From assembly GCA_000697335.1 (NCBI GenBank), contig JNEM01008732.1, positions 1 to 40,297 on the forward strand: a stretch of 40,297 nucleotides of DNA. Direction: 5' to 3'. This DNA is from Conidiobolus incongruus B7586 (taxonomy: Eukaryota). Below, piece by piece: positions 25,273 to 38,252 of this stretch; position 1 is the stretch's first letter; every line of letters begins with the position of its first letter. A program made the translations under genes and the position numbers. The notes below the pieces were generated by a model. That model was not told the origin of the DNA. It ran no database searches and saw only the letters and a program-made list of their open reading frames with translations.

Positions 25273-25751
25273 ATGGCTAGATCTTATTCATGCAAACGAA
25301 AGGATAAACCAGAAATCAAGTAACCACTTTTCGAAGTTGACAAAGTCAAGCAACAAGAGCCAAAGTCACAACTTCCCAAAACTAAAAATGCTGAAAAACT
25401 AGCTCAGAAGGAGAAGCGAATTAAACTTTAGAAACAGTAGCGGAAAGCTGAAATGTCACCAAGAAGAGACAAGCTTCTGAACTGGGTGTTACTGAATAAC
25501 AAGCAAATAATAAACCTTCTAATAAAACTAAATAAGCTAAAAATCAACAAAGTCAACAAGCTATTTACGATTCTACAAAGATTAAACAATTGTAGAAATA
25601 TGCTGAATCTGAAAACAAAAATCAAGGCCATGTCAAATTACAAGGATAAATGCCTGAATCAACTGAAACCCAAGCCGAATCAACTCAATAGGCTAACCAT
25701 TTCAAATAACCAGTCTTTAAAACACCACATCAATCAATTTATTTGATGTAA
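25273..25751 (+). pseudogene. Degenerate K/E/Q-rich coding relic, possibly related to the HAS1 N-terminus
   Basis: Starts GATGGCTAGATCT, identical to the HAS1 start; translation MARSYSCKRKDKPEIK*...KKRQASEL...PESTETQAESTQ* with one frameshift near 25452 and nine internal TAA/TAG stops. Confidence 0.5.
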
Positions 25752-26471
25752 TTCAAATTTTTAGTTTTAAATATTCAAATTGATTAGGCTGTCAAATTTA
25801 AGATAATTAGTCAAAATAAGTAACAATAATCAACATGTATTATTCACATTGCTATAGTTTATTTTTATATAAATGCTGAAGATTCATTTAATTGTTATTA
25901 TTTCACAAAATTTAAACTTTTAGCTGATAATCCATGAAAGATTGAAAAATTATTTGTAAAAGGCTTTAAATATCCTTGTAACATTTATATTAATTAAATA
26001 GAGAATATTTAAATTGCATATCATGATTCTGTTTAAATGCTCACATTTGGTAACTTTATTCGTATATTTGTAAATATTATTATTTGGTAGTAAAAATTAT
26101 CAATTGTGTATTATTAACTAATTAGTAATTTCACTAATTTTGACAATTGATTGCCAAAAATGAAATCAAATTTGAAATATTCAAAAAATATAATAATTTC
26201 ATATATGAAGTTTTTGTCAAATTTTTGAGTTTAATTTTCGATTAGTTTCTATCAAAAACTCTTCTACTAATATTAAAATCTTTCAATTAAATTTTTGATA
26301 GATTGAAAATTTGAATTTTTAGTGAAATGATTTGGTTATTGATTAATCCCATAATTATTTAAATGGTTGGATATGGATTAAATTTTTAAATTTGATTCAT
26401 TCAAATTTTTTTGTGTTGATTAAAAGATTAAATATATTAAATAATCCTTTATTAATTAACCCAAAAAAACG

Positions 26472-28148
26472 ATGGCTAGATCTAGAAAGCACGCACGTGC
26501 TGGTAAAAAGAGACCAGTTTCTGAAATTGAAGAAAATAAAGAGGAAGAAATTAATAATGAACTCGAAATTGAAACCCAAGAACAACATGTTGAATCAACT
26601 GAATCTGAAATAAATGAAACTGAAGCTGTTGAAGATAAAGTCGAAGAAAAGGAAACTGAATCTTCTCAAAAGATTAATGGCAATGACAAGCCTTTGCCTA
26701 CCTCAACCACTCCTAAAGATGATTTAAATCTTGATTTTGCTTCCCTCGATATTTCCGAAAATACTTTGAAGGCTATTAAAGAAATTGGGTTCACTAAGAT
26801 GACCGAAGTTCAAGCTCGTACTATTCCAGCCTCCCTCTCAGGACGCGATGTTTTGGGTGCTGCTAAGACTGGTTCTGGTAAAACTGTTGCCTTCTTATTG
26901 CCTGCTATCGAGCTTTTGTACAAATTAAAATTTAAGCCTAGAAACGGAACTGGTATTATTATCATTTCCCCCACTAGAGAACTTGCTTTACAAATCTTTG
27001 GTGTTGCTAAGGAACTTCTCGCTCATCACTCCCAAACTTTTGGTATTGTTATGGGTGGTGCCAATCGTCGTGCTGAAGCAGACAAGTTATCTAAGGGTGT
27101 CAATCTTTTAGTCGCTACTCCCGGTCGTCTTTTAGATCATTTACAAAATACTCAGGGCTTCAACTTCAAAAATCTTAAAGCTTTGATTATTGACGAAGCT
27201 GATCGTATTTTGGAATGTGGTTTCGAAGATGAAATGAAACAAATTATCAAAATTTTGCCCAAAGAACGTCAAACTATGCTATTCTCTGCTACTCAAACCA
27301 CCAAGGTCGAAGATTTAGCTAGAATTTCCCTGAAGAAAGGGCCATTGTATATTAATGTCGATCAAAACAAAGAATCCTCCACTGCTGAAGGTTTAGAACA
27401 AGGCTATGTTGTCTGTGAGTCTGATAAGCGTTTCTTACTTTTGTTTACTTTTTTAAAAAAGAACTTGAAGAAGAAAGTTATCGTTTTCTTTTCCTCTTGT
27501 AACTCTGTCAAATACTATGCCGAGTTACTAAACTATATTGACGTCCCTGTCTTGGATCTTCACGGAAAACAAAAACAACAAAAGCGTACCAGCACGTTCT
27601 TCGAATTCATGAATGCTGAAACTGGTATCCTTTTATGCACAGATGTCGCCGCTCGTGGCTTAGATATTCCCGCTGTCGATTGGATTATCCAATACGATCC
27701 TCCTGATGATCCTAGAGATTACATTCACCGTGTCGGACGTACCGCCAGAGCTGGTAGCAAGGGTAAGTCCTTACTCTTCCTACTTCCCAGCGAATTAGGT
27801 TTCTTGAGATACTTGAAGCACGCCAAGGTTCCTTTGAACGAATACCAATTCCCGCCCAGCAAGATCATCAACGTACAATCTCAATTGGAAAAATTGATCG
27901 AAAAGAACTACTACCTCAACCAATCCGCCAAGAACGGTTTCCGATCCTACTTACAATCCTACGCTTCCTACGCTCTCAAGAAGATCTTCGACGTCAACGA
28001 ATTGGATCTCAAGAAGGTTGCCAAGGCCTATGGGTTCCCAGTCCCTCCTAAGGTCAATATTTCCATTGGCTCTAAAGAATCCGAAGAACTCGAAGAGAAG
28101 GCCCCAGGAAAGAAACCATTCAATCCTAATAAGAAGATTCGTCGTTAA
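26472..28148 (+). CDS. HAS1: ATP-dependent RNA helicase HAS1/DDX18 (intronless)
   Basis: [35 protein letters not shown] plus Has1-specific KFKPRNGTG and [20 protein letters not shown]. Confidence 0.97.
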   Translation: MARSRKHARAGKKRPVSEIEENKEEEINNELEIETQEQHVESTESEINETEAVEDKVEEKETESSQKINGNDKPLPTSTTPKDDLNLDFASLDISENTLKAIKEIGFTKMTEVQARTIPASLSGRDVLGAAKTGSGKTVAFLLPAIELLYKLKFKPRNGTGIIIISPTRELALQIFGVAKELLAHHSQTFGIVMGGANRRAEADKLSKGVNLLVATPGRLLDHLQNTQGFNFKNLKALIIDEADRILECGFEDEMKQIIKILPKERQTMLFSATQTTKVEDLARISLKKGPLYINVDQNKESSTAEGLEQGYVVCESDKRFLLLFTFLKKNLKKKVIVFFSSCNSVKYYAELLNYIDVPVLDLHGKQKQQKRTSTFFEFMNAETGILLCTDVAARGLDIPAVDWIIQYDPPDDPRDYIHRVGRTARAGSKGKSLLFLLPSELGFLRYLKHAKVPLNEYQFPPSKIINVQSQLEKLIEKNYYLNQSAKNGFRSYLQSYASYALKKIFDVNELDLKKVAKAYGFPVPPKVNISIGSKESEELEEKAPGKKPFNPNKKIRR

Positions 28149-28666
28149 TTTCATTAATTTTGTTATAGACTTCATTAGATATACCCTTGTAACCAATCAT
28201 TTTTAAACTAATCCATTAAAGTTTTTTAATATTATTTTTTTATCATTTAATCATATTTATATACTTATTTTTATTAATGATTTATTTAAATTTTTAACAT
28301 ATTTAAAATTAGATTATTTAAAAAATATTTTGAATCATTGATATTTGAACAATAATTAATGATTTTACTCCCAACTAATATAATTTTATTTAATTATTCT
28401 TTTAAATATTTTTATATTAAATTTATGTTTTAATATTCAAAGTATATCATTTAAAAGTTATCATAACTTTTCAAATTATATTTCTTAAATTCTACAGATT
28501 TATGATTTCAATTGAACCATAATTTGCATTTTGATAAAATTTAAGATTTAAACAATCGATAATAGGTAATTCAGAGTAAAACATACTCATTTAACAATTA
28601 TTGGTTATAAATTTTATTTATAAATATTAAAATATATTTAAATTATTATATTTATTAAATTATTTA

Positions 28667-31600
28667 ATGAACCGTAAATTAGTAGAGGATGCATTGGCAA
28701 ATCGTCAAAATGTAGCAATTTTGATTCAATTAGTAAGTATTATCTTAATTGAATTTTATATATGACTAATATACATTAGTTAGCTCACATTTTCACTAAA
28801 TATAATATTATAAAATTAAATGAATTGACAAATTCTCAAATATATAATTTTTTAGAAGATTTGAACTCTTTAATAATACAGTATTCGAGTAGTATAAAAT
28901 ATTTACCACCTTCGAGAATTGAACTAATTATTAGAATTCTTGATAATTTGATCAAATTAAAAATTGAGGGGGATCAAGGAAGTTTAAATAAGCTTCTTAC
29001 ATCTCTAAATTTATGTTATTCACATTATCCAACTGTGCAGCTTCAGCCCGATTTGAATTTTGAACAGGTGGAGATTTTGATTACTGTGTGGTTTGATAGA
29101 TCGGCAACTTCGAAAGGCGTCAAATGGAATGAAGATGTTTTGTATGGGATTACGAGTACGATATTACTCATTTTCACAACTGGAGGGTCTGTATTACAGA
29201 ACAAAATTATGTCTAGTCTTAAATTGAATATACTTGGAACTATTTACTACCATTGTCTGATGATAATACTGGAAGAATCGTATCTAAAACTACGATTAGC
29301 TTGTCTAAATTTGATTTATGAATTTGTAAAATTGAACCAAGATCCCAAAATGGTTCAAAACGTGTTCCCAGGCGTTGTTGGCAATTTAGTTAAATTGATC
29401 ACTAGAGACTTAGTCAAAGAATCGAGACAAGTGCTGATTTTGGGTATGAAAATCCTTATCGAATTCGTTCCAAAGGGATTAATCTGCACAAAAGTAGAGG
29501 GATTCAAATTGTTACAGAGTGCAACGGGTCAAAAGGTAAGCTGGGTCGAGACGAAGGAACCATTAGAAGGCTACAATTTCAAATCGCACGAATTGGTCGA
29601 CAATTCATTTCAGCATCTTGTACCCCTTCGATCCCATTCCGACGACCAAGTTCAACGACTACTGATTGAGTTGTCTTTGAAGATTCTGGAAAAGTGTCAA
29701 CATCCTCCCATTACATCCAAATCTATTAATATTCCCTTAGAAAACCTTATTTATTATGTGGGTAAACATATTTCTACCTGGAATTATAATACAGCAATTC
29801 AACTCAGTTGGTTTACCAATTGGTACGATTCCCAGGGTGACGACTTCAAACAACAGCTAAGATTAGAGTCTGAAACCATATTCAAATCGATTTTCGAGAA
29901 ATTTCAAATCAAGCTCAGGACAAGGCCAGATGATGAAAAGCACCAACTCATTTATGGATTACTAGGATGTTTAACGCTCTTTGGAGATCAAATTCAATCT
30001 TATATCTCCTTTAACGATTTCTTACTCACGCTTTGTAGATGGCTCAAATTATCAGATGAGATGGTTACTGAGGTGCAAGAAACCACTACTGATTTAATTT
30101 ATCAAGATAATTCCAAAATAGATAATGAGTTGCATCGTATACTGTTACCTCACCTAAGTTACATTCAAACTGTGGAAACTCTTGAGCTACTATCCAAGCT
30201 TATTAATTTAATCGGTTACTTAGGAGATTTATCAAATTTAGCAAGAGCATGCTTAGATGTTTACGCTTCAGCTAATTTAACTTCATTCAAAATTCCCTCG
30301 CTATTTATTATATTAAAATTAATGCAAGGAAATAGATATAATGTTGAATTACCTTTCAATTCCAATCACTCTAATGAAGCTGAACATATTGAGCTATTAG
30401 AACTGGCTATTTTGGATCAAATTAATGCTATTGAAAGTCCCGACAATTACCTGGGTCTTTATATCCAACTCCATATTTATTGGAATACAATCGATCACCA
30501 TTCTGACCAATTTCGTGAGCATTTGAGCACGCATTTATATCCCATTCTCTCCAAATTGACCCACTCCAATCCTCAGCTGACAAACTTTGCTCTCCGCTGT
30601 CTAAATTTCATTAAAGAGAAATATGGATACCCCGATCTAAAAGAGATCTGTTTAGATAATTTGAATTTCTTGTTTAACATCGTTTCGGATCATCTATATG
30701 AAATCGAATCAAAGGGAATTGAAGCATGTCATGTACTGAGAGGTCTTTTACAGTTAATTCCTGATAAGTCATTAAGTTTATTGGATGGAATCCTTGATCA
30801 ATTACTCGATGGATTAAATATTAATAGATTTAATGATAAAGTAGTCCAGGAACTTTTACAAGTTGTCCAAGTAGTTGCAAAAGAAGCTATAGTGTTGGAA
30901 TCACGAAATTCTAGTTCAAAATCAATCGAACAAAATTCATCGTTGAATCAAATTTCCAATGGTGATAATGATTTAAATTTAAGTAATTACATGAATTGTT
31001 CTGAGCCTATGAAAAAACTACTAAAAGAGTTAGATGATATTTACCACATTCAAAAAGTCAACCAGCCTTTGATTGAAGAATTAGATGACGAATCACATGA
31101 AGAAAATATTCCCCAAATGCCAGAGGAAGTTAATACCAAGCCTAACAAATATCAAGAATTCTGTTTAAGATTATTAAAACCTGTACAGTACTTTTTATCC
31201 TCAGATAATTCTCAACATCGATTACAATGTCTCAATATACTGGGTACCATCTTTAAATTTGCTTCATCTGAGACTCCATTCTTAAACGAAATCCATCATT
31301 TCTGGCCCTCACTAGTCCAACGACTCAAAGATCATGAACCATCCGTTGCGATTGAATCTATTTATATCATGAGCCAAATCGTAGTACCCCATCACGATTT
31401 CCTAATGAGTCGCATTAACGACGACGTAGTATCTATACTTCTTAGTCAATTCAACCAAATTAAATCCAAGTTACCATCCAGCAACGAATACTCTCAAACC
31501 TACAAATTGCTCGCATCATCCCTCAAACTCACAAATGCAATTATAAAGACGAAAAGCTTGCCCAATTTCCGAGTTAGAGATCTTATCCTACCCATTATGG

Positions 31601-31872
31601 ATATTGGATCTAACCTATTGGCCAATGTTAATCTATCCCAACTTACAATTCAAGATGTCAACAACCAATCTGGTAGTCTCTTGGACATATTATATCAAAT
31701 TCAATCCAATTTAAGCACTGTAAAATCCAACGTCTATATTTATCATTATTTAAAACTCAAGTATCACGCTAAGTTACTGATGTTGGAGGATTTAGATCTG
31801 AAGTTGATTGAAGTTAATGCTGAGGTTTCTGGACTTGAAAATCAGTTGAATATTATGACAATTTCTAATTAA
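28667..31872 (+). CDS. TTI1: TELO2-interacting protein 1 (TTT complex subunit TTI1), HEAT/ARM-repeat protein
   Basis: ~1050 aa helical protein with VFPGVVGNLVK, LYPILSKL, LDNLNFLFNIVS and FLNEIHHFWPSLVQRL motifs typical of Tti1; short first exon from ATG 28667 with a gtaagt...cattag intron joined in frame to the 28825 ORF. Confidence 0.78.
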
Positions 31873-32177
31873 TTAAAATTCTTATTTATCAACGCCTATT
31901 AAATCGATTTTTCAATGATATCAAACCATCTTTATAATGAATATAATTAAATTGAATGGATATAATTTTCTATCAGTTATTTAGTTAAATTACAGTTGAG
32001 GAATATTACTAGGATTATGAATAAATGTTATAATTTTTATTCCTATTTATTTTAATTTTTTTATCAAACTTGGATTAATAAAATTTGTTAAATTATGTTT
32101 TAATTTTGATAAAATTCATTATATTTCATATAAAAACCCAATACTTTACCCAAAAATAATAAATATAATTATATAAT

Positions 32178-32468
32178 ATGACTTTCTTATCATCAAAAAC
32201 ATATGGTTTATATGCCATATTTACAGCTTTATATCAATCGTTGGTTACCAATTCAAAAGATCAAGAATCTACAAGTTCCCAAATAGTTCTTAGAAAGAGA
32301 TGTTACGGAGGTTGGGCACCTTCCTATCTCAATACCTTTGGCAAAGGTTATATCGATTTGGATAATTTCGAACGTAATGTTGAGGCTGTAACATATTGTG
32401 AAGATACCAATATAAACAAAGTAGATGATTATAACCTTTATTTTAATATCAATGCTGAGTTATTATAA
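32178..32468 (+). CDS. Small hypothetical, possibly secreted pre-pro-protein (96 aa)
   Basis: GC-richer ORF in AT-rich surroundings; weakly hydrophobic N-terminus, dibasic LRKR site, then CYGGWAPSY...YC. Confidence 0.6.
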   Translation: MTFLSSKTYGLYAIFTALYQSLVTNSKDQESTSSQIVLRKRCYGGWAPSYLNTFGKGYIDLDNFERNVEAVTYCEDTNINKVDDYNLYFNINAELL

Positions 32469-33640
32469 AAATTTAGATTGAATAAAATATTTTCAAACAT
32501 ATATTATTATATTAAAGGAACTTACTATTTAAATAAAATCTTTGGAATTTTTTAAAAGAATCTTAATTTTATTACCTTCAAAAATTTTGAGAAAAAATTT
32601 TTTAACCAAATATATTTGAAAATTGTGTTATAAAGTTAATATTAATATATTATATTCAATATAAATTATGTTATATTATAAAAGTTTAATACTATGGCTT
32701 ATTATTAAAATGTAATCTATCTAATCAGCTACAACCAATTTAAAATACTTAATCTTTTATATTGCTTATTAGATAATTACGTTCGGAATTCAAAATTGAA
32801 TTCTAAAATCTATAAATTTTAATTAATATAGAATAAAAAGAAATTTAATAGTTGGATAATTATAGAGCTTGTCAATAAAATTTATACATATTAATTATGA
32901 GAAACGGTGTAATAATTGAATAATATTCGCTTTCGATGAATCAATTTTAATAGTCCTACTATTCCTTTAAAAGTTATCAAATCATTTTAGGTTTAGTATA
33001 TTATTAATTGATTCCTAAATTTGACTCCATGTCCGTTAATTGATCTAATTGATTATTCTCATTAAATTGATGGACATTTTAATTAATTGAAATACTATTA
33101 TACATAATGCTATTTTTATTTTAGAATTTGATTTGAAAAGTTAAAAAATGCTTATGAATATGATTATTTATATGCTTTCATAATCATTCTGATAATTACA
33201 TCGATATAATAATAAAAAAGTTTTCGATTTCATAATTAACAGTACTCCAAGTGGTTATCCACCAAATGATTAATATTCAATTGGGGAATTTGAAGAAAAA
33301 GGTAAGGATTGGCATTTGATAAATCGACTCAAAAGGAATGAATCTCAACTGAATCATTAACTTGCGGAGATAAGAATGTCTCTAATGGCAATTCCCGGTA
33401 CTCATCAAATAAGAGTTGAGCTAAGTTCAAACTCTAGTGAAGATATCATCCTCCACCTCCAATTAACCTAAAACTTTCCATATTTTGACCAATTCTTGGC
33501 CCTCGACTTCAGGACTTTAAATTCGAGTTAAATCATTTAGCCCAATTCGGAACTTGTGGAGTGTCGATTATAAATATTGAAAAGATACCATCATTACACT
33601 TCACACTATTTGTTCGTCCTTAGATTATATTAAAGTTAGA

Positions 33641-34303
33641 ATGAAGTTCAATTTATTGCAATTGATTCTTCTAGTCAATTCTGCATTCAGTAACTCTGTC
33701 ACTGATCTCAATGCACTGTGTCAAGCTTCGTGTCCGGGTGTCAAAAAATCCGAATCATGCACCAAAACCTGCATGCAGACTGGAGGATATGGCAATCCAC
33801 CTCCAGACCCTGATGCAATGAAAGCATGCGGGAACGACTACCACTGCTGTACCAAGGTAAGTCGAAGATGGCTTGGATATTCCGAGGAGCAAGTCAATTA
33901 TCTTAGCGATTTCGATAAGATCGTTGAAGTGTGTCAGGATCGATTGGATCATATAGAGCCCAAGTGCACGAAAGATTGCGAAGCTCAGGAGCTGCCCATC
34001 TATAGGAAATGCATTTCAGAATTAACTCAAACATCCGAAAATGCTTGGAATGATATTTATACCTGCGAAAACAACTGTATGAATGGAAAAGGCAATTTCA
34101 ACGAAGTGAGAGATTGTACATTTAACTGCAATCTCAGTATGTATAAATCTCTTAAAACCAGCGCTGCCGTTTCCGAAAAGCAGAATGGAGCAGCAGCAGC
34201 CGCTGGAGGAACTTCAGCAGCGTTTTCCATCCATTCAAAAGCCTTTACAAATCACAACCTCTTGATGGGGTTAGTTATTGGAGGACTGGTTATAATAGTT
34301 TAA
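33641..34303 (+). CDS. Secreted cysteine-rich, probably GPI-anchored surface protein (220 aa)
   Basis: Signal peptide MKFNLLQLILLVNSAFS; 15 Cys including five CxxxC pairs; small-residue omega region (GAAAAAGGTSAA) and a hydrophobic C-terminal tail. Confidence 0.85.
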   Translation: MKFNLLQLILLVNSAFSNSVTDLNALCQASCPGVKKSESCTKTCMQTGGYGNPPPDPDAMKACGNDYHCCTKVSRRWLGYSEEQVNYLSDFDKIVEVCQDRLDHIEPKCTKDCEAQELPIYRKCISELTQTSENAWNDIYTCENNCMNGKGNFNEVRDCTFNCNLSMYKSLKTSAAVSEKQNGAAAAAGGTSAAFSIHSKAFTNHNLLMGLVIGGLVIIV

Positions 34304-35624
34304 TTTTTCATCAAAATTTAGTTTTAAAATATATCTATATAGTTTTTTAATAAATATTCATAATTAATTTTATGAACGATATAGTGCTGTTGATAATTAA
34401 TATGCTTATACTCTGGATGATAAAAACTAATTTGAGTGTTAATCATCAAATTTTATAATGTCATTGGTATTTCACAATAAATTTTATATATATTAAACTT
34501 TGGAGAAAAGAAACAATCAAATAGTAAAGATATAGATCAAAAGGGCATAGTTTTATTTCTAGGGTATAAAGGACTTGTATAATACAGTTATAAACATGAT
34601 ATAATTAAATTTAATATAATAATTCTATGATCCTTGAGTGGTTTGAAATTTTGTCTAATTGTTTAGAAAATTCTTTCTTCTAAATTGTAAAATCAATACA
34701 ATAATACTTGCTTGAACTGTAAAAACACTATATATGTATTTGGATCTTAAAAATATATAGAAAAATAATTATGTTATGAGAATAATATGAAATTCTCAAT
34801 TTTCATTTCATTTGATATTTCTAAGTAAAATTTGAAATCAGAGTCATTAAAAATACATTCAGAATTTTTCATATTTAACATATTATACTTTGTAATATTA
34901 GTTAAAGATATTAACTCTAGTTAGTTGACGAATAAACAATCTTGAAAAAAAGATTGATAGAATGGTCTATATTATAGTTAATAATGAAAATTGGAAAACG
35001 TTATCAGATTGCTGATTAAATATTTTTATAACATAATGAATGTTTTTCAAATTAATAAAAATGCGATAAATTACCATTACAATCATCATTTAATTAATAT
35101 GGCTTCATAGTATTTGAATAATTTATTAGTATCAATCAATGGTTTTTGATAAGTTATTCAATTTAATAGCATCTTAGTTCTCCAAAGGATTTAGCTTGAA
35201 GTAGTTAGTAATTGAAAGAAACACATTTTAAAATTTAGTGTAGAATCAATATTGTTAATTACAATATTAGCCTTGATCATTTTAAACCGGTTAAAAATTT
35301 TGATTTTTGTAATTTTTAATCATTATTTGATTATTTATAGGGTATAACATTATTATTAAATATATGTTATCAAAAAAATTCTCATGTAAAATACAATGAA
35401 TTTAATATGAAAATATTTAATAAAATTAACTCAGGAATTGATTAATATCTAAATTATTATAACCATAAATCAACATATGCGAGGAATGCAACATATATTA
35501 CTTATTCTATAAAAAGTTAAACCCTATAATTAATAATTCAACAATATTACTAAAATTATTTATAAAATTAATAAATATTATGATTTAATCATTAAATCAC
35601 GAAAACAATTACTATTCAAAAAAA

Positions 35625-36209
35625 TTAAAAATATACTATAATTGCACCTTCGTTACCTATCTGATATTCATGTCTGAGATTTTGCTCAGTTAAATATCTC
35701 TCGACAGATGATTTAATTTTAGCAAGATTATTGGTAGAATGGCTGCCTCTGCCTACAATAATACATAATGTATCTCCTCTATTCACTATCCTTAGTCTCT
35801 CTCGCACTCTCTCTAGAGCCTCCTTAACGTATAAACCATGTAAATCTATCCCATTATTAGTGCATCCTTCGTTCTTGATTTCCAAGATAAGTTGGGCAGC
35901 TTCCTGGTTAGCTCTATCTTGAAGCATACCAAAATGCTTACTCTCATCAGAAAGGGTCTTAGCCGATCGCTTATCACCCCTTTGGTAAGCGCTCTGGGAA
36001 CTTTGACTGCACTCTTTGTGCTTTTCAGAGTATTCAAGAGCCTGACGCCTCAACTCTTCCACCTTAGCCCCATTCTTACTAGCTTTTCCAGTAGCATTGG
36101 GGAAAGCGTTAGGCTAATGATAATTTCGGTAGTACTGATTTGGATTATAATTGTTTACATTGGAATCATTTTCCAATACTTCTTTAATACAAGAAAGAAA
36201 AATCCCCAT
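35625..36209 (-). CDS. DUF1771 + Smr (small MutS-related) domain protein, two exons
   Basis: SQSAYQRGDKRSAKTLS (DUF1771-like), IDLHGLYVKEA, IIVGRGSHS and NEGAIIV (Smr); ATG at 36209 (MGIFLSC...), 45-nt intron 36114-36158 (GTAAAC...TACTACC...CATTAG). Confidence 0.9.
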
Positions 36210-37064
36210 GATTAAAGTATTAAACAATGTGAATGAGAATTTTTCTTTTCGGTTTATCAATCTATATGAATTTTATATGAAAAGTGTGTTGAAGTTTGAG
36301 ACACTATGTGAATAAAAATTCATGTACTGATATTTTTTTGAAGCTGTGCACTTTATATTAATTATATTTGTATTTTATATCTATCAATGTAATGATATTG
36401 ACTTGATTTTCAACTTTATATTTGGTATTATAGTATTTTTCACATTGCTTCAAATCAATTTCAGTTTAAATTAACCAATATTATCATAATAAATATTCTG
36501 ACTTTTCTAAATTTGAAAATAGTGCACCGCATTCTTCCAAATATTATTATTATAAATCTGTTAAAAATAACTCGAATATCAAAAAAATTTAATATTAATT
36601 TATTCAATCAACGTTGATAAAATTATTCTTGGATAAAAGTCTATTCAATAAGTCCAAGATGGATTAATAGTATTTATATAATATTACAATTTATGAATAG
36701 ATATTAAAAATTCTAGCTTGTCAATCATATTCAACCTTTCACAATTTGAAAATATTTTTAATCATATCAAAATTTATTAATATTTAGAGAATTTGTGTTT
36801 TAGAAATAATGATATAAAGACTAAATATCATATATGTTTGCCATTGAAAATATAATTATGTCCAAATAGTATTACTACTTATCACTTTACAATTATTAAA
36901 ATGTGAATAAATTCCATGTGCTTACTAAATTAAAATAGGGTTAATTAAATTAATACGTCATTAGTTTTTATGAACAAATTAAAATTTTATGTGAATTGGA
37001 GAAAATGATCAATGCAAAGCATTTCTGTTAAGTTTAATTCATTTATAATTATAATATCAAAGTA

Positions 37065-37883
37065 ATGACCCTAGGTAATCCATATGACTTTCACCAAGAT
37101 GAAGAACAATACAATTCAGTTGAACTTTCCCCTGAAAGAGATTTAGATAGTCCAAATTTTCTCCAAGTCGATTCAAATTCAACATCATTTACACTAATTA
37201 CAGAGCCAAACATAAATCCTTTAAATAATTTAGGTCAGAATGGAGATGTTGATCCTACAAGGAACATTTCTAATCAAGCGAAAGATTCCGACAATATATC
37301 AAATTTAACTTTAAATCCAAATGACGATTTCGAAGACACTAACAACATTTCAAGAGATCTAAGTCAACTAAACACTTCAGAAATATTTTCAGAGATTACA
37401 GACCTTTCTAATACGACTATCACTTGGGAAAATTTCAATAGAGGCATTAACGCTTCTGATTTTTCAGATAAACCAGGCAAAGTTGAATCGAGTCCCTGTA
37501 AAGGGGTTGAGATGGAATCAAAAAATATAGATAAGTCTTTTACTAACAAACCAGAAGATCAATGTGATGTTCTGCAGATTAAACCCTTCACTGACGAAGC
37601 CACTAGAGAGAATTTAGTTGAAGACCAAAGCGAAAGCAATGCTAATACAACACCAACCAAAGTCAATATAAATTCAAATCATCATTCAGAATCAAAAAGC
37701 TCCCCACATAATATTAGTTCAACAAGCTCCAAGGTTACTCAAGCAACCGAAAATAATAATAATGCTACTCAAACAGATCATAACAATGAATTGTCAGATG
37801 ATCATAATATATCATGCTCTAGAGATACCCAAACTCTCCCAACAAAACGGCAAAAGGTGAATCGGGATCAGTTAACCAAATAA
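37065..37883 (+). CDS. Hypothetical low-complexity N/S/T/D-rich protein (272 aa)
   Basis: Long open frame with coding-like composition; no recognisable domain; C-terminal PTKRQK resembles an NLS. Confidence 0.7.
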   Translation: MTLGNPYDFHQDEEQYNSVELSPERDLDSPNFLQVDSNSTSFTLITEPNINPLNNLGQNGDVDPTRNISNQAKDSDNISNLTLNPNDDFEDTNNISRDLSQLNTSEIFSEITDLSNTTITWENFNRGINASDFSDKPGKVESSPCKGVEMESKNIDKSFTNKPEDQCDVLQIKPFTDEATRENLVEDQSESNANTTPTKVNINSNHHSESKSSPHNISSTSSKVTQATENNNNATQTDHNNELSDDHNISCSRDTQTLPTKRQKVNRDQLTK

Positions 37884-38252
37884 TACACTAATTCACATTA
37901 AATCAAATTTTTTAAAATAATTATCACCTTTTCAATATATCAATGGATAATCTCATGTGACTAATTATATTTGATTGAATTAATTGAAATGAGAAAAAAT
38001 TACGACTACAAGCAATTACAGTATTTTCAAAAGGATTATTGAGCAATTTTACTCGTCGTTGAAAAAAATATAAATATCAAAATTTACTTAGATGACTATG
38101 TATTGATACTTGATTAAATTGTATTTTACATGAATAGATAAAAAATAGTAAAAGGATATTCTTTTTGTTTCAGTGTAAATTACACTAAACTAAAAACATT
38201 TTACATCTTATCAATGAAATTCATGGAATTAATAACAGAAAATACACATATA

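Noticed and set aside
25273..25751. TAA/TAG reassigned to Gln (ciliate/aphelid-type genetic code)
   Set aside because: Intact genes (SYF1, HAS1, TTI1, MSH6) have no in-frame TAR codons and end in TAA/TAG; TAR at Gln positions occurs only in frameshifted relics.
36114..36158. In-frame TAG in the Smr gene suggesting readthrough or RNA editing
   Set aside because: It is the acceptor of a 45-nt GTAAAC...CATTAG intron with a branch-like TACTACC, typical for this genome.
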